Shown here: piece after piece, positions 48,849-62,956 of the stretch
How the letters are laid out: each line of letters starts with the position of its first letter
Numbering within the stretch: position 1 is the first letter of the stretch
Assembly: GCA_964016885.1 (NCBI GenBank)
Contig: OZ024740.1
Span: 412,238,001-412,302,000, forward strand
DNA length: 64,000 nucleotides
DNA from: Eledone cirrhosa
Lineage: Eukaryota
Direction of reading: 5' to 3'
Position numbers and translations under genes: made by a program
The notes under the pieces: generated by a model
Databases searched by the model: none
What the model was told of the DNA's origin: nothing
What the model saw: only the letters and a program-made list of their open reading frames with translations

Positions 48849-49700
48849 CTATGTGTCTGCTCTGAAGAAAAAGAAAGAGCTAAGTATAGTGTGGGGGCAG
48901 GACGAGAAGATTTCTGATCTCCCGTTGAGCAAGTTGAGTCCTGAGAATACTATGGCATGAGATTCAGTTAGGCACAGGCTACAAAACCTGCTCAACGAGC
49001 TTTATGGAGGAGCTTTAGTAAGGCATCTCCAGCTTAGTGTGTAGGAGTTTTTTGTTTGTTTTAAGTTATGTATGTGCCCCGCTAACGACGTGGTATTTTT
49101 AAGCTTCTCATATCGGAAGCTATGCTGGTGGGCGTTGAATCTCATCTTGAACTGGTTAGCGGTTGATCCCACATACGTCTTATTATACGTGTCTGTGGTT
49201 ACGTTACATGCATATACTACGTTCCTAATAAGGCAGTGTCCAGCTAGTGGGCATTTGCCCTTCCGTCTGCAATTACACTTTCTAATAGGGTCATGCTTCT
49301 CAATCAGGGGTGCATGTCCCTCCAAGCGGCCGCGGGGCTGCCTAGTGGGACCGGTTTTATTGCCTGTTATCCCCTGGGTCTTTCACTCAGTGGGTTGGTC
49401 CCGTGTTGTCGTGTGTACTGGCGTGGTTCACTATTTCGGATGGCCTTAAGTCCCTCTTTAATCTTACTCTTATTGGTCTTAGCTAGGTGTGAGGCCAGAT
49501 TAGGGTTTGTTGAGTACGATAGTTTGATAGTATTCTTATTGATGACACTACCGTACCTACTACCTGGGGGGGGGGGGGGAAGTTCCTATCTATTAAAGAG
49601 AAAAAAGATTTGGGGAGGTCTGTAGTAACATTAGAGTTGAAGGGCGGGTTAAAGAAGGTACTATCACGTCTTCTATTCCTTCCACTGCGTTTCTTATCCC
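48849..49700 (-). pseudogene. PLE linker + GIY-YIG, disrupted
   Basis: A premature TAA at 49002 and frameshifts (poly-G 49566-49578). Translation continues SSLSRFCSLCLTE...LLNGRSEIFSSCPH. Confidence 0.85.
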
Positions 49701-49780
49701 TATGCTGCTTACCCTCCCTTCATCTATATTATTACGGGTTCTACCAGGTGTGGTTGCTGGGCTCCCAGTGGTATGTGTTG

Positions 49781-49965
49781 AAAAAAAGATGAAATCGAAA
49801 ATGCAACTGGAGTCTTATTTTTAAAAAAAGTATATATATTTATTTGGTTCATTTACCGGTTTCAGAGTTCTTCTGCTTTTCAAAAGTAGAGTTGAGATGC
49901 AGGGTCTGTGTTTTTTTTCCCATTTGGTTGGTCTTTGAATGTTACTTGTTTTATATGGGAAAATG
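49781..49965 (-). mobile_element. Diverged pLTR fragment of the 61498-62619 family, with degenerate U3:A8 HHR
   Basis: Matches ~61503-61685. The HHR remnant at ~49850-49887 has broken stems I and II. Confidence 0.7.
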
Positions 49966-49974
49966 TGGTTAGAC

Positions 49975-50006
<32 letters not shown>

Positions 50007-50184
50007 GAATAATGAATCGAAACATCAATTATTTAAACAATTTGTGTTCCACAAAAAACAAGCTCAATAGACAATATCTAGAGACATAACAACAAAATGA
50101 AAAAGCTATATGAATATAGATATATGTTTCTTTCTCTCTATATATACATAAATCATTTTCATTTGGGTTATATATATATATATA

Positions 50185-51278
<1,094 letters not shown>

Positions 51279-51463
51279 ATAGGAAAATGTTTGACCCCGA
51301 TGACAGAGCTCAAGCCATTCCAACGACTATTTCTGGACTCGTCGAAACGGGTTGAGCTCTGCCTTCGGGGACAAACATTTTCCTATTACCCACTCTACTA
51401 CCCTAAGTATTGAGTACTGTGGTGCGTTATGGTCCATCTGGTTCCTTACCACACCTCCTTCGT
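51279..51463. mobile_element. Fold-back pLTR end containing the 3' half of an HHR
   Basis: Inverted arms ~51279-51327 and 51341-51386, followed by the family-specific tail. Confidence 0.7.
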
Positions 51464-51479
51464 TATATATATATATATA

Positions 51480-51660
51480 TTTAATATAGAAAGGCTTCTA
51501 CAGGACTAGAACTGTTTCATTCGGGAGAAATCATCAGGAAGCTGGCCGAATGAAACAGATCTAGTCCTGTAGAAGCCTTTCTATATTAAATAGTTATACT
51601 CTGCTTTGTATTGAGTACCGTAGTTACCGTGGTTACCCCCGATTGAACCCGGGATAAACT
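51480..51660. mobile_element. Fold-back pLTR end; complete HHR on the minus strand (51494-51542)
   Basis: Arms are 51480-51524 and 51546-51590. Minus strand: gcttc-CTGATGA-tttc-tccc-gaat-GAAA-cag-ttctagtc-ctg-TA-gaagc. Confidence 0.8.
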
Positions 51661-51791
51661 TATATATATATATATATACTTAAGGTAAACATTGATGCAA
51701 TTCAACGTAGTTTTTCCACATAGGAGTGACGGAGTATATACCGAATAAGAAAGCGAAGTAATTTCAGATGTTAAAGTCCTTTAATAATAAT

Positions 51792-51866
51792 GCTGTGATA
51801 CATATTTCAATGACAACAGTGGCCACAGGGTTCGGTGCGCCCAGTGCTGTGACATCATCAGACAGC
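51792..51866 (-). ncRNA. Type I hammerhead candidate with ~46-nt stem II
   Basis: Minus strand: gctgt-CTGATGA-tgtcacag...ctgttgtcatt-GAAA-tatgta-TC-acagc. The base of stem II is irregular. Confidence 0.6.
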
Positions 51867-51921
51867 TTGTTACATACGAAGGTTATATTTCCGAGACAAT
51901 CCAAATTGAATCGATATGGGA

Positions 51922-51977
<56 letters not shown>

Positions 51978-52191
51978 CTTATATACGTGGTTAAAACCTA
52001 ACAAGTTTAATTGACCAGCGTGTATATTGTTTCATTTTAAGATGACCACCCTTTGCACTTTTGGGGACAGTGTGTATATTCTTCTTTGAGAGAACTGCTG
52101 GATTCTAATCTACAAGTCTCTTCTTAGCGCTGAGGTAGACCATCACCATTCTGCTAATGTCGATATAATTCTTATATCGTTATTGACTGGG

Positions 52192-52319
52192 CATCCACTG
52201 ATGAGTTTATAAGGGCCCGCTTGTGTATAAAACTATGGATTATATACAAGTTTCTACATAACCTGGAAATTATTTATCCCAAATTGTAGAAATCTTATAA
52301 CGAAACGGCCGTCTGGATG
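52192..52319 (+). ncRNA. Type I hammerhead with ~97-nt branched stem II
   Basis: catcca-CTGATGA-gtttataag...cttataac-GAAA-c-ggcc-g-TC-tggatg. Two internal hairpins are present, and stem III is the palindrome ACGGCCGT. Confidence 0.85.
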
Positions 52320-52483
52320 AAATGAGATATTTATTTAATAATGTCTCATATAAAATAATACAACCAATTATCCACGAAACACTGATTTGGGATACTAAAT
52401 TGGTATAATACTTAAGTATATCCTAATGTTTGTTAAGTGTGATGGAGTTGGTCGGAGTATTGCTTAAGGCTTTCTCTTTATGT

Positions 52484-52526
<43 letters not shown>

Positions 52527-52612
52527 GTAGGTCCCGGGTTGAGTCGGGGATAACCACAGTAAGTAAGGTACTCAATACATGGCAGAGTAAATTTTTTTTA
52601 TTTTATGGAAGG

Positions 52613-52663
52613 AGCTTCTACAGGACTAGTATTGTTTCATTCGGATGAAATCTTCAGGAAGCT
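52613..52663 (-). ncRNA. Type I hammerhead in 3' pLTR
   Basis: Minus strand: agcttc-CTGAAGA-tttc-atcc-gaat-GAAA-ca-atactagtcc-tg-TA-gaagct. Confidence 0.8.
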
Positions 52664-53184
52664 GGGTGTCATATTAAGTTCTGGTATTTATATATTTAGG
52701 TAGTGGTAAGTGAGGGGTGGTGGAGGGGGGGGGGGGGTATTTAGGTACACAGGACCACTTCATGGCACAGGCCGTTTTTTCTTTGGGGAGTGGTCAATTA
52801 GCCAGGGTGCTTTTTTGAAATAAATAAATAAGTAAAAAAATAAATAAATGAATAAATAGATAAAAGAATAAATAAATAAAATAAATAAAAAAATAAATAA
52901 AAATAAATAAATAAAAACCCCAAGAATAGTAATTCAACCGATATATAGTAGGGAAGTTTAGGTGGGTTGGTAATAGAAATTAAACATTTAACAAGACCGA
53001 ATCATGGCACAGACTGGGGTGAGTGGTCAAGTTAACATACAAGCCACAGGTGGCCAGAGTGTTATAGTAGGATGGAAAGAGTAAAATATATTTACATACT
53101 CACAACCACATACAAAACCACTTACACACACATATATATATATATACACACACATATTTAAACACTTACACACATATATATACC

Positions 53185-53216
<32 letters not shown>

Positions 53217-53482
53217 TATATGTGTGTGTGTGTGCACACCTACACATTCACACACATATACATATATATACACACACATATATATATATATATACACACA
53301 CACACATATGTGTGCGTATACACATACACACACACACACATATACATATACACACACACACATACATACATACACATGTATACATATATACACAAGGAAA
53401 ACCCAAACAAACAAATATACACACACACACGCACGCATACACATACACACACATATATATCTACACATACACACGTGCGCAT

Positions 53483-53521
<39 letters not shown>

Positions 53522-53526
53522 TATGT

Positions 53527-53566
<40 letters not shown>

Positions 53567-53725
53567 CTACATGTACGTATGTCTCTCTCGTGTAAACTAT
53601 ACTATACATACATACATATGCACATACATATGCACACACATACATACACACACACACACAAACACATACATTCACACATATATATACATATATACACATA
53701 CACACACACATACATATAAAAACTC

Positions 53726-53756
<31 letters not shown>

Positions 53757-53771
53757 TATACCCATACACAC

Positions 53772-53840
<69 letters not shown>

Positions 53841-54599
53841 ATTATATATATATATATACATACATATATACATATATATACACATATACATACACACACA
53901 TACACATTTACAAGCAAACACGCATACATACACATACATACATACAAATAAGTACACATAAACGCATATGCACAAACATGCACTCGTTCGCACTCATACA
54001 TGTGTCTATAGTATAAAGGTAGTGGGACAAATTTTAATTTTAAATTTTAAATTTTAAACTGGGCCTGATAGAGGATAAAATAATTAATTACTATTTATTA
54101 TTTATTACTTACTATTTACCATTCACTATTCGTTACCTATCTTTTATCCCCTATCTATTCATTACCTAATCATTCACTCATAAATTAATAAATAAATGAA
54201 TGAGTTAACTAACAAACAAACAAACAAACAAACAGATAAACAAATAAACCAGTAAATAAGTAAATAAATAAACAAATAAATAAATAAATTTATAAATAAA
54301 TAAATAAGTAAGTAAAGTAACTAAATAAATAAATAAATAAATATACAGTTAAATAGATAAATAAATAATGAACGTGTGCGTGCAGAAGTTCATAACTGCG
54401 CGTATGCAAACATGAGCAGGTATATACGTGAATTAGTGTGTGTGGCCACGGAACTTTACTCAGAGGCATACAACACAATATATAAGACCTGGAGGGGAGG
54501 AAAGAAGGTAATAATGAGAGATAGAGGGGAGGAAAGAGGGTAATAATGAGAGATGGAGGGACGGAAATGGGATGAGGGGGGGTCAGTCGGGGGGGGAGG

Positions 54600-56510
54600 G
54601 GGGCTGTAGTTTTTGTAATTTGCATAGTTCTTGTGCATGCAATTAGCGGAGTGTTCCGAGATCTTGTTGAGGAGAGGGCCTTTGGCGAATAGAATCTCAT
54701 AGCTCTCGGAGATACAGAGGTCACAGCAATTATAGCTTCTCGTGTATGATCGCTCTCTCTGGAGTAGTCTCCATTGGGTCTTGAAGGGGATGGAGTTCCT
54801 TTTTAGGTGCCAGATGTGGGCGGCGAGTGTAGTTTGGTTAGATTTTTCTGGGCGCCGGAACGAATGTGTGTGGGCGTACCAGGGAGTCTTAAAACTATTA
54901 GAAGTCATCCCGATGTACGAGTTTCTTTTTTCATCGGGGCCTGAGAGTACATCGCATATATACACGAGATCTTTTTTTAGACAGTTGTTGTTGAGAGGGC
55001 AGATCGTCTTATCAGGGCAATTGCAGTTGCTATCGGTTGCTGGATGGGCTTCAGAAAAAGTAGACTTATTTAGCTTCTTGATGTTGTTGTTGGCTAAGTT
55101 TCTAGCTAGATTAGGTGTGGTAGAGTAAGAGAGTCTAATGGTATTCTTATTAAGGATAGTATAGTACCTATGTTGGGTGGGGAAGTGTTTTTGTAAGAGA
55201 GTGAAGAAAATTTTAGCTACAGGTGTTGAAACTTCTCGGTTGAAGGGGGGGGGGGGGGGTTGTACCAGCTAATGTGCCTTCGCCTATTCTTCCTGGGTGG
55301 GTGTGGGGCTATAGTAAGATAGGTGATCTTATCTCTAAAGCCGCTGCGGGCCAGGGCCTCGTTGTAATAGGGGGCTGCTGCTCTAAAGATATCTTCATTG
55401 GCGGCGAGGCTAGATATCCTAATAGAGACACTTTTTACTAGGTTGTCTAATATATATTTGGGGTGGTTAGAATTAACGTCTATATATCTAAGGGATTCAT
55501 TAGGTTTGTGGTACGGGTAGTAAAGGGAAGTTTCTAAGTCGAGGGTAACGTCTAGGAAGTTAGCTTTAGTTAAGTTCGAATCTAAGGTAATCCTAAGGCC
55601 TAAGTTTTTAAAGAAGGTGTAAAGGTTTTTCCTGAACCCATCCGTCGTCCTGGGGTTGATTTTGTGGAGGGCAAAGAGGCCGTCATCTCGGTAGAGACCG
55701 CCGGAGAGGCCTGTGAAGAGGGTCTTCAACCTGTGGAGGATGAACAGACCCACAAGGTCACTAATTTCGGCTGAGTCGCTAGCACCCATGCTAACGTCGA
55801 AGGGGGTCTCACATTTTTTGTTGATCCAGTGGGATCTGTCATGGTAAAGAAAAGTCTTACGTTCATGAAGGATCACTTCCTGCTCGGCTTCCGTAATAGT
55901 GGTTAAGTTCCTGGCGAAGTTAATCGCGTCAATCAGCAGGCTCTCTGATATGGAGGCGTAGTAATCCTCGATGTCTAGCTGCAGGAAGCGGGTGTTGCTT
56001 TTGTCGGGAAAGTCCCGGAACCATGTGATTGCCTCTGATGTCCTATTCCAGAGTGGGAGGGGTGAGGCAGCACGTAGTCTAGGTAGAATCCTGTCCAGTC
56101 TCTTCTTACTGACGAATCCTATGTCAGACTTGGTCGGGTTAATTAGCCGGACCGACAGTTTATTGTCGAAGTTGTTCTTGTGGTCTTTCAGGGTGAAGTG
56201 TGGGGACTTTACCCTCAGAGGTTCTGTCCGGTCTTCCAGTGTAAGGGAAGTGGCGATCTTCTTTCCGGCTATGTTTGTTTCAGTCAAAGTAGTGTCATCA
56301 ACATTTTTGTACTTTGCTGTGATGGCATTATCCGCAAGCTTGTTGTAGGTGTCGGGAATAACCGCATAAGTGTTTTTAGTTTTGTCTGAAGGGACGTGGA
56401 GGTACGGGGAACTTTTCATTTTCAGATGTTTCTCCTTTAAGTCCGTATGGAAAGGTATGTTGACCTTCCTGAATTTAATATTTTTGATCATTTGAAAAAG
56501 GTCTTCTTCA
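54600..56510 (-). pseudogene. PLE RT + GIY-YIG ORF, 5'-truncated, frameshift at poly-G 55244-55259
   Basis: RLINPTKSDIG, LQLDIEDYYASISE, MGASDSAEISDLVG, GLYRDDGL, FLDVTLDL, WYNPP, CNC..CPLNNNCL, YIGMT..FK, CDLC..E. Confidence 0.92.
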
Positions 56511-56856
56511 CCCCAGTCTGTGCCATGACTCGGTCTTGTTAAATGTTTAATTTCTATTACCAACCCACCTAAATTTCCCTACTATATATCTGTTGAATTA
56601 CTATTCTTGGGGTTTTTATTTATTTATTTTTATTTATTTTTTTATTTATTTCATTTATTTATTCTTTTATCTATTTATTCATTTATTTATTTATTTATTT
56701 ATTTCAAAAAAGCACCCTGGCTAATTAACCACTCCCCAAAGAAAAAACGGCCTGTGCCATGAAGTGGTCCTGTGTACCTAAATACCATCCCCCCTTCCAC
56801 CACCCCTCCCTTACCACTACCTAAATGTATAAATACCAGAACTTAATATGACACCC

Positions 56857-56907
56857 AGCTTCCTGAAGATTCCATCTGAATGAAACAGTACTAGTCCTGT
56901 AGAAGCT
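56857..56907 (+). ncRNA. Type I hammerhead in inverted pLTR
   Basis: agcttc-CTGAAGA-ttcc-atct-gaat-GAAA-cag-tactagtc-ctg-TA-gaagct. Confidence 0.75.
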
Positions 56908-57040
56908 CTTTCTATAACATAAAAAATAAAAATATATATATTTATATATATACGTAGGTCCCGGGTTGAGTCGGGGATAACCACAGTAAGTAAGGTACTC
57001 AATACATGGCAGAGTAAATTTTTTTATATTTTATAGAAGG

Positions 57041-57091
57041 AGCTTCTACAGGACTAGTACTGTTTCATTCAGATGAAATCTTCAGGAAGCT
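57041..57091 (-). ncRNA. Type I hammerhead in upstream pLTR
   Basis: Minus strand: agcttc-CTGAAGA-tttc-atct-gaat-GAAA-cag-tactagtc-ctg-TA-gaagct. Confidence 0.82.
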
Positions 57092-57176
57092 GGGTGTCAT
57101 ATGAAGATGTCATCTGAATGAAACAGTACTAGTCCTGTAGAAGGTCCTTCTATAAAATATTAAAAAAAAAAATATT

Positions 57177-57259
<83 letters not shown>

Positions 57260-57282
57260 GTATATATATATATATATAGATA

Positions 57283-57360
<78 letters not shown>

Positions 57361-57884
57361 GAGAGCAAAAAAATGGATCGGGTGGGAGATCTATAAAATG
57401 CATCGTATTTAAATGCGTCAAGCAATAATACGATAATGCATTTGTGGGTGGGTAGAAAAGTGACTTTCAAGATAATCAACTAAAACTAGAAGGTTTTCAA
57501 ATGCACAAAAAAGTAACGAAGAAGAAAAGGAAAGCAAAAAATTAACAACAACACAAAAAAAATGAATAAAGAATGAAAAGAGATAGTAACAACGCAAAGA
57601 AAGGAAGAAAAGAATAGAGCAGGAAATAGACTGGGGAGTGGGAGAGGTTACAGAGACTGCGGATTGGAATAATGTAATTAAAGGCAGTGAGAGAGAAAAA
57701 GGTACCAGGCTAGATGTGATTGGCGAGAAAAAGTTAGGGAAAATAATGAGAAAATAATGGGTGGGGGAGTTAAGTGGGAAATGATTAAACTGTAATGGAG
57801 CATAGAGCGGTTTACAGTGATGTGGGTGATATACATGTATTTCTTGTATATTTTGGTGTATCTTTATGTTCGAATAATTGTTTC

Positions 57885-58065
57885 TACTATTGGCACAAGG
57901 CCAGAAATTATCCCAGTGCATTACTGGTACTTTATTTTATCGACCCGGTAAGGATGAAAGGGAAAGTTAACCTCGGTGGGATGTGAACTTAGACCACAAA
58001 GGGGCGTAACTCTATGCTGCAAAGCATGGTGTCCAACCCTCTACCGATACTGCCAATCCTCCACA
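57885..58065 (-). mobile_element. tRNA-derived SINE (Meta-domain-like)
   Basis: Same family as 59185-59795 (actggtactttattttatcgaccc.gtaaggatgaaagg). Confidence 0.8.
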
Positions 58066-58984
58066 AACTATAATGGAGGATAGAAAGGTTTACGTTGATG
58101 TGAGTTATATACATATACTTCTTGTATATTTCGGTGTATCTTTATGTTCGAATAATAGAATGAACTCTATAGATAATGAACACAACCATAAGGGTATGGT
58201 TCGAACGTGGATGAGCCAACTCCCACCGTCATTGCCTCTATCTCTCTCGCCCTCCCATCTCTCTGTATGTTGAGTAAATGGGGTCCTACGTACTGGCCTT
58301 TCCACAGCCCTGGCGGACAGAATGGAGAAGGCGGTTCCCCGAGGGATGATAATTCTGGATGAGAATTTGTATAACGTATAACTATATTTGTCATTAGTAC
58401 GACTGTGTGGTTAAAGCATTTGCTTCACATACACATGATTCTAGGTCCTGTCTCTCAACATCGAATATTGCATTCTATTATAACCACACGTTGATGGAAG
58501 TCTGGTGAGAGTAATTTGATAGGAATCCTAAGAAGTCTGAAATATACATTTATACATGTTTACGTGCGTGTGCCTGTGCAGGTGTGTATATGTATTTACA
58601 CGCTATGAATTTGCCTGTTCAAATGTTTAGGTTTGTGCCTGTGTCAGTGTTTATTTCTATTTTTCTTAAATTAGCGATTCTAAAATATGACATCGATAAC
58701 ATAATAAAAAAACTAGGAGATATAAGTAGTGGAATCAGTATGACAGACTAAAATACATTTAAGTTGGTACCACAGTATCACCGTACACTAATGAGTGACA
58801 GAGGCAAAAGAATAAGTATTTACTATACCGAATTCTTATTATTGAATGGCATCATAAACTACACCAAGCTCAGCAACACAGATTCAGAACGTCACATCAA
58901 GATCACATAAAAATACAAGGAAAGGATGTTTTCAACTAAATTGCCAGTTCTATTAAATCTTATACCAAAACAAATCAAGAACAA

Positions 58985-59169
58985 ATATGGAAACATGGAA
59001 AATTAAAGCAGAAACAATACCTATAATAATAGGTGCTCTAAGAATGATAAAAAAACACAAAGACAAATACATAGACAAAACCACAGGACTTACGAATATA
59101 TACAGCATACAAAAGATACCTCTACTAGGCACTGCACACATATTAGGAAAAGCACTATCAATACAATAG
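58985..59169 (+). pseudogene. C-terminal fragment of an R4-like (restriction-like endonuclease) non-LTR retrotransposon
   Basis: IPIIIGALRMIKK...IQKIPLLGTAHILGKAL resembles the P..IGALG...QK..LLGTA.ILR..L C-terminus of that group. Confidence 0.65.
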
Positions 59170-59184
59170 AAACGACATCAGCAA

Positions 59185-59795
59185 GGCACAAGGCCAGCAA
59201 ATACCCAGTCCATTACTGGTACTTTATTTTATCGACCCCGTAAGGATGAAAGGCAAAGTTGATCTCGGCGGGATTTAAGATCAGAATGGAAAGGGCCGTA
59301 ACTCTATGCATCAAAGCATGACGTCCGACCCTCTACCGATACTGCCAATCCACCAATGATTTCTAGTATAGGCACACGGCCAGCAATTTAGGGGGAGGGG
59401 AAAGTCGATTAAATCGACCAAGAGCATTACAGGTGCTTTATTTTATCGACTCCGTAAAGATGAAAAGCAAAGCTAACCTCAGCGGGATTTGAACTCAGAA
59501 CGTAAAGGGCCACAACTCTAAGCCACGCAGTATGATTCCCGACGCTCTACCAATTCTGCCAATCCACCGCCCTTATAACAATGGTTTCTTATATAGGCAC
59601 AAGGCCAGCAATTTTGGGGGAGGGGAAAGTCGATTAAATCGAACCCTGTACGTTACTGATGCTTTATTTTATCGACCCCGTAAGGATGAAAGGCAAAGTT
59701 AACCTCGGTGGGATTTGAACTTAGACAGTAAAGGACCGTAACTCTATACAGAAAAACATGGTGTCCGACTCTACCGATACTGCCAATCCACCGCC
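59185..59795 (-). mobile_element. Head-to-tail trimer of a tRNA-derived SINE
   Basis: Three diverged ~170-215 bp copies. The minus strand starts ggcggtggattggcagtatcggtagag and has B box gagttcaaatccc. Confidence 0.85.
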
Positions 59796-60559
59796 CTGAC
59801 ATTACCTATAATAATAATAAGATTAGAACTCATGGCCTATTAAATTATATGCACTCATAATAAGTGGTAGAGTTAAATAAATTGCATATAGTGGATAATT
59901 ATAGTAATAGGCAATAAATACAAGTACACAGATTCATAAATTATTAACGGAAGTAGGTGGTAGTTGATATTAAGATAGCAGGAAAAACAGATATTCTCAT
60001 AAAGCCTTGATAAGCAGAATGTACTCTTTTAAGAAAACCCCCTGCATCGTTAGAAAATGTATAGTCTGTAGCTTAAGCCTACAGATTAACTCTAAAGCTA
60101 GGAACGTGGTGTATATATGAGATGCACGGAGGGACAGTGTGAGAATGAGACACGCCATACATAGGTTAGGCTGACCGTAGCATAGGAAAAAGAATCAAAG
60201 AACGCCGGAGAGATATCCAAGACGAGAAAAACCTCATAAAAAGTCCCCCATCATGGTATAATGGAACATGCGAGCTCACTAGAGAAAATGGAGATATAGA
60301 TCATACCTACACACAAAACAAACACAAGGCTTCGACGAATAACTGAAGCAACAAATACAAACGAACTCCGAACAAAACTGAAAAGAAAGCACAAGTTGAA
60401 TAGTAACCACGCCACACCGTAGCAACTAAGGACAACGTAATGTCACACAAGAACAACATTGATAAGATAAACGATCCATTTCACACACAAGCACAGACAC
60501 ACACAGAACAAGTAACCAGCTAGTGACAAGTAAGAAAGAAAGAAACGATATAAATAAAT

Positions 60560-60910
60560 GAATAGATTTATAAACAAACAAATATATTTTTTAAAAACAA
60601 CACACAATCAAACATACACACCCACACACAAACACACAGGGATATAACGCACGCACAGACCATATACACAGCTAATAAAAAACAAAATGTCATGAGACAG
60701 AACAAAGGAAATAAATAAATAACAACAAAAGTAGTCAATGAGAACGTCACGGAATGTGTGACGAAAGAGCTTTGGCAATCAACAACTAAACAACCATTCG
60801 GTTATTAAACTAACCGACTGGGAAAATATGATAATAAATTGAAGTGAAACTCAGCAGATGCGTGTGTTATTTTTTATTGGCAGCATGACCCTCGCAATAT
60901 ATTACAATAT
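60560..60910 (+). mobile_element. Diverged PLE 3' UTR related to 23700-24100
   Basis: Shared gtgtgacgaaaga and ttgaagtgaaa...tgcgtgtg...ttattggcagcatgaccctc. Confidence 0.6.
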
Positions 60911-61004
60911 TTGTTTAGATATTGTTATATTCTCAGATAAGAACTGCTGCAAAACATAGAAAAACTAAGTAACTAAGTATATATATTTCTTTATTTATCT
61001 ATTG

Positions 61005-61129
<125 letters not shown>

Positions 61130-61369
61130 TAAATCTACTAAAATATACGGTAGTATCCAATCCATATGAAGAACTCAAAGTAATTCAAATATCATGAAAA
61201 GAGAAGATGCATTCAAAACTTTCCTCAGATAGTTTGTAATATTTTTTACATAGATCTATATGATATACATACCAACACACACATATATATCCTAGAAACG
61301 ATCGTAAAATGATGATTTTTTTAATATAAGGAACTTGTTCTTTGTTTTTATTCACTGTTTTTATTAATT

Positions 61370-61501
<132 letters not shown>

Positions 61502-61572
61502 AAGAAAAAGAGATGAAATCGAAAATGCAACTGGAGTCTTATCTTTTAAAAAATATATATATTTATTTGGTT

Positions 61573-61610
61573 CCTTTACCGGTTTCGCAGTTCTTCTGCT
61601 TTTCAAAAGG
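61573..61610 (-). ncRNA. Minimal type I hammerhead, U3:A8 variant (left arm)
   Basis: Minus strand: cctt-TTGAAAA-gcag-aagaa-ctgc-GAAA-ccgg-TA-aagg. Confidence 0.85.
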
Positions 61611-62505
61611 TGAGTTGAGATGGAGGGTCTGTGGTTTTTCTCACATCTGGTTGGTCTCTGAATGTTACTTGTTTTATATGGAAAAAGAAGCTCGAAATGC
61701 CAGGTTTTTCGAGAAGTAATTTGATTGGTTTGTCAATAATTATAATAAATTTCGCGCCAGTTCGCGTTACAATAGTTCTTCAAATAAGAGGGGGGGGTTG
61801 TCACATGTTGTTTTTTCATATATGAGTGTTTGAATTTCTTTTTACTTGAAAAAAGGGGCTCACGAAGGCTTTTTTTTTCGTTGGTTATAAATGAAAGTAT
61901 GGCTGTCACGTGAACAAGTTTTCATTAACTTTTCGTGCCCTTATTTGGAAATCCATTCTGTAGCCTTTTTAGAGAATGTTATGATAAGTGAAAGATAATG
62001 GTCAAGAGAAAGGGATGGGAGAATTGTTCTGGTTCGGTGAATATGGTTAGTTCACCCCAGCGAACTAACCATATTCACCAAACCAGAACAATTCTACCAT
62101 CCCTTTCTCTTGACCATTATCTTTCACTTATCATAAAATTCTCTAAAAAGGCTACAGAATGGATTTCCAAATAAGGGCACGAAAAGTTAATGAAAACTTG
62201 TTCACGTGACAGCCATAATTTCATTTATAACCAAACAAAAAAAGCCTTCGTGAGCCCCTTTTTTCAAGTAAAAAGAAATTCAAACACTCATATATGAAAA
62301 AACAACCTGTGACAACCCCCCCCCCCTCTTATTTGAAGAACTATTATAACGCGAACTGGCGCGAGATTTATTATAATTATTGACAAACCAATCAAATTAC
62401 TTCTCGAAAAACCTGGCATTTCGAGCCACTTTTTCCATATAAAACAAGTAACATTCAGAGACCAACCAGATGTGAGAAAAACCACAGACCCTCCATCTCA
62501 ACTCA

Positions 62506-62543
62506 CCTTTTGAAAAGCAGAAGAACTGCGAAACCGGTAAAGG
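62506..62543 (+). ncRNA. Minimal type I hammerhead, U3:A8 variant (right arm)
   Basis: cctt-TTGAAAA-gcag-aagaa-ctgc-GAAA-ccgg-TA-aagg. Confidence 0.85.
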
Positions 62544-62696
62544 AACCAAATAAATATATATATTTTCTAAAATAATAAGACTCCAGTTGCATTTTCGATT
62601 TCATCTCTTTTTCTTTATACTTTCACTCGTGTAGGACACCGGTTATTTTTCATTTTGTAAAAAAAACCTCACTTTCTAATATATATATATATATAT

Positions 62697-62932
62697 ATAG
62701 GAAAAAGTATGACCCCGACGGCAGAAATCAAGCCGTTTCGACTGCTATTTCTCGACTAAATTAGAGTTTTTATCCAGACTAAACACTCTAATTTAGTCCA
62801 GAAATAGCCGTTGAAACGGCTTGATCTCTGCCGTCGGGGGTCATACTTTTTCCTATTTCCTTCTATACTACCCTAAGTATTGAGTACTCTGGTGCGTTAG
62901 GGTCCATCTGGTTCCTTACCACAATTCCTTTG
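62697..62932. mobile_element. Fold-back pLTR end containing the 3' half of an HHR
   Basis: Arms are 62697-62767 and 62785-62856. HHR 3' half: GAAA-cggc-ttgatctct-gccg-TC-gggg. Confidence 0.75.
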
Positions 62933-62956
62933 TTATATATATATATATATATATAT

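Larger units (their letters stand above)
45997..49770 (-). mobile_element. 5'-truncated Naiad-like PLE with ~2.8 kb 3' UTR
   Basis: EN region 48849-49700 (FFNPPFN, CNCRRKGKCPLAGHCL, YVGST..FKMRFNAH, CSLC..E). An HHR lies at 46152-46198 near the (TA)n junction. Confidence 0.75.
52525..57170 (-). mobile_element. Naiad-like PLE with 3' pLTR, 5' inverted pLTR and an additional fold-back pLTR
   Basis: 56509-56930 is an inverted copy of ~52590-53021, 56951-57101 repeats 52524-52672, and 57102-57170 is inverted again. Confidence 0.9.

Noticed and set aside
58160-58360. GC-richer unique segment that could be a minus-strand exon; nearby ~85-bp diverged direct repeat (57793/58071) around a SINE
   Set aside because: No identifiable product. 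The repeat is too long and diverged to call a target-site duplication.
60003-60070. agcc-TTGATAA-gcag...ctgc...GAAA HHR-like motif
   Set aside because: Seven extra nt lie before GAAA, and there is no convincing stem I or III.
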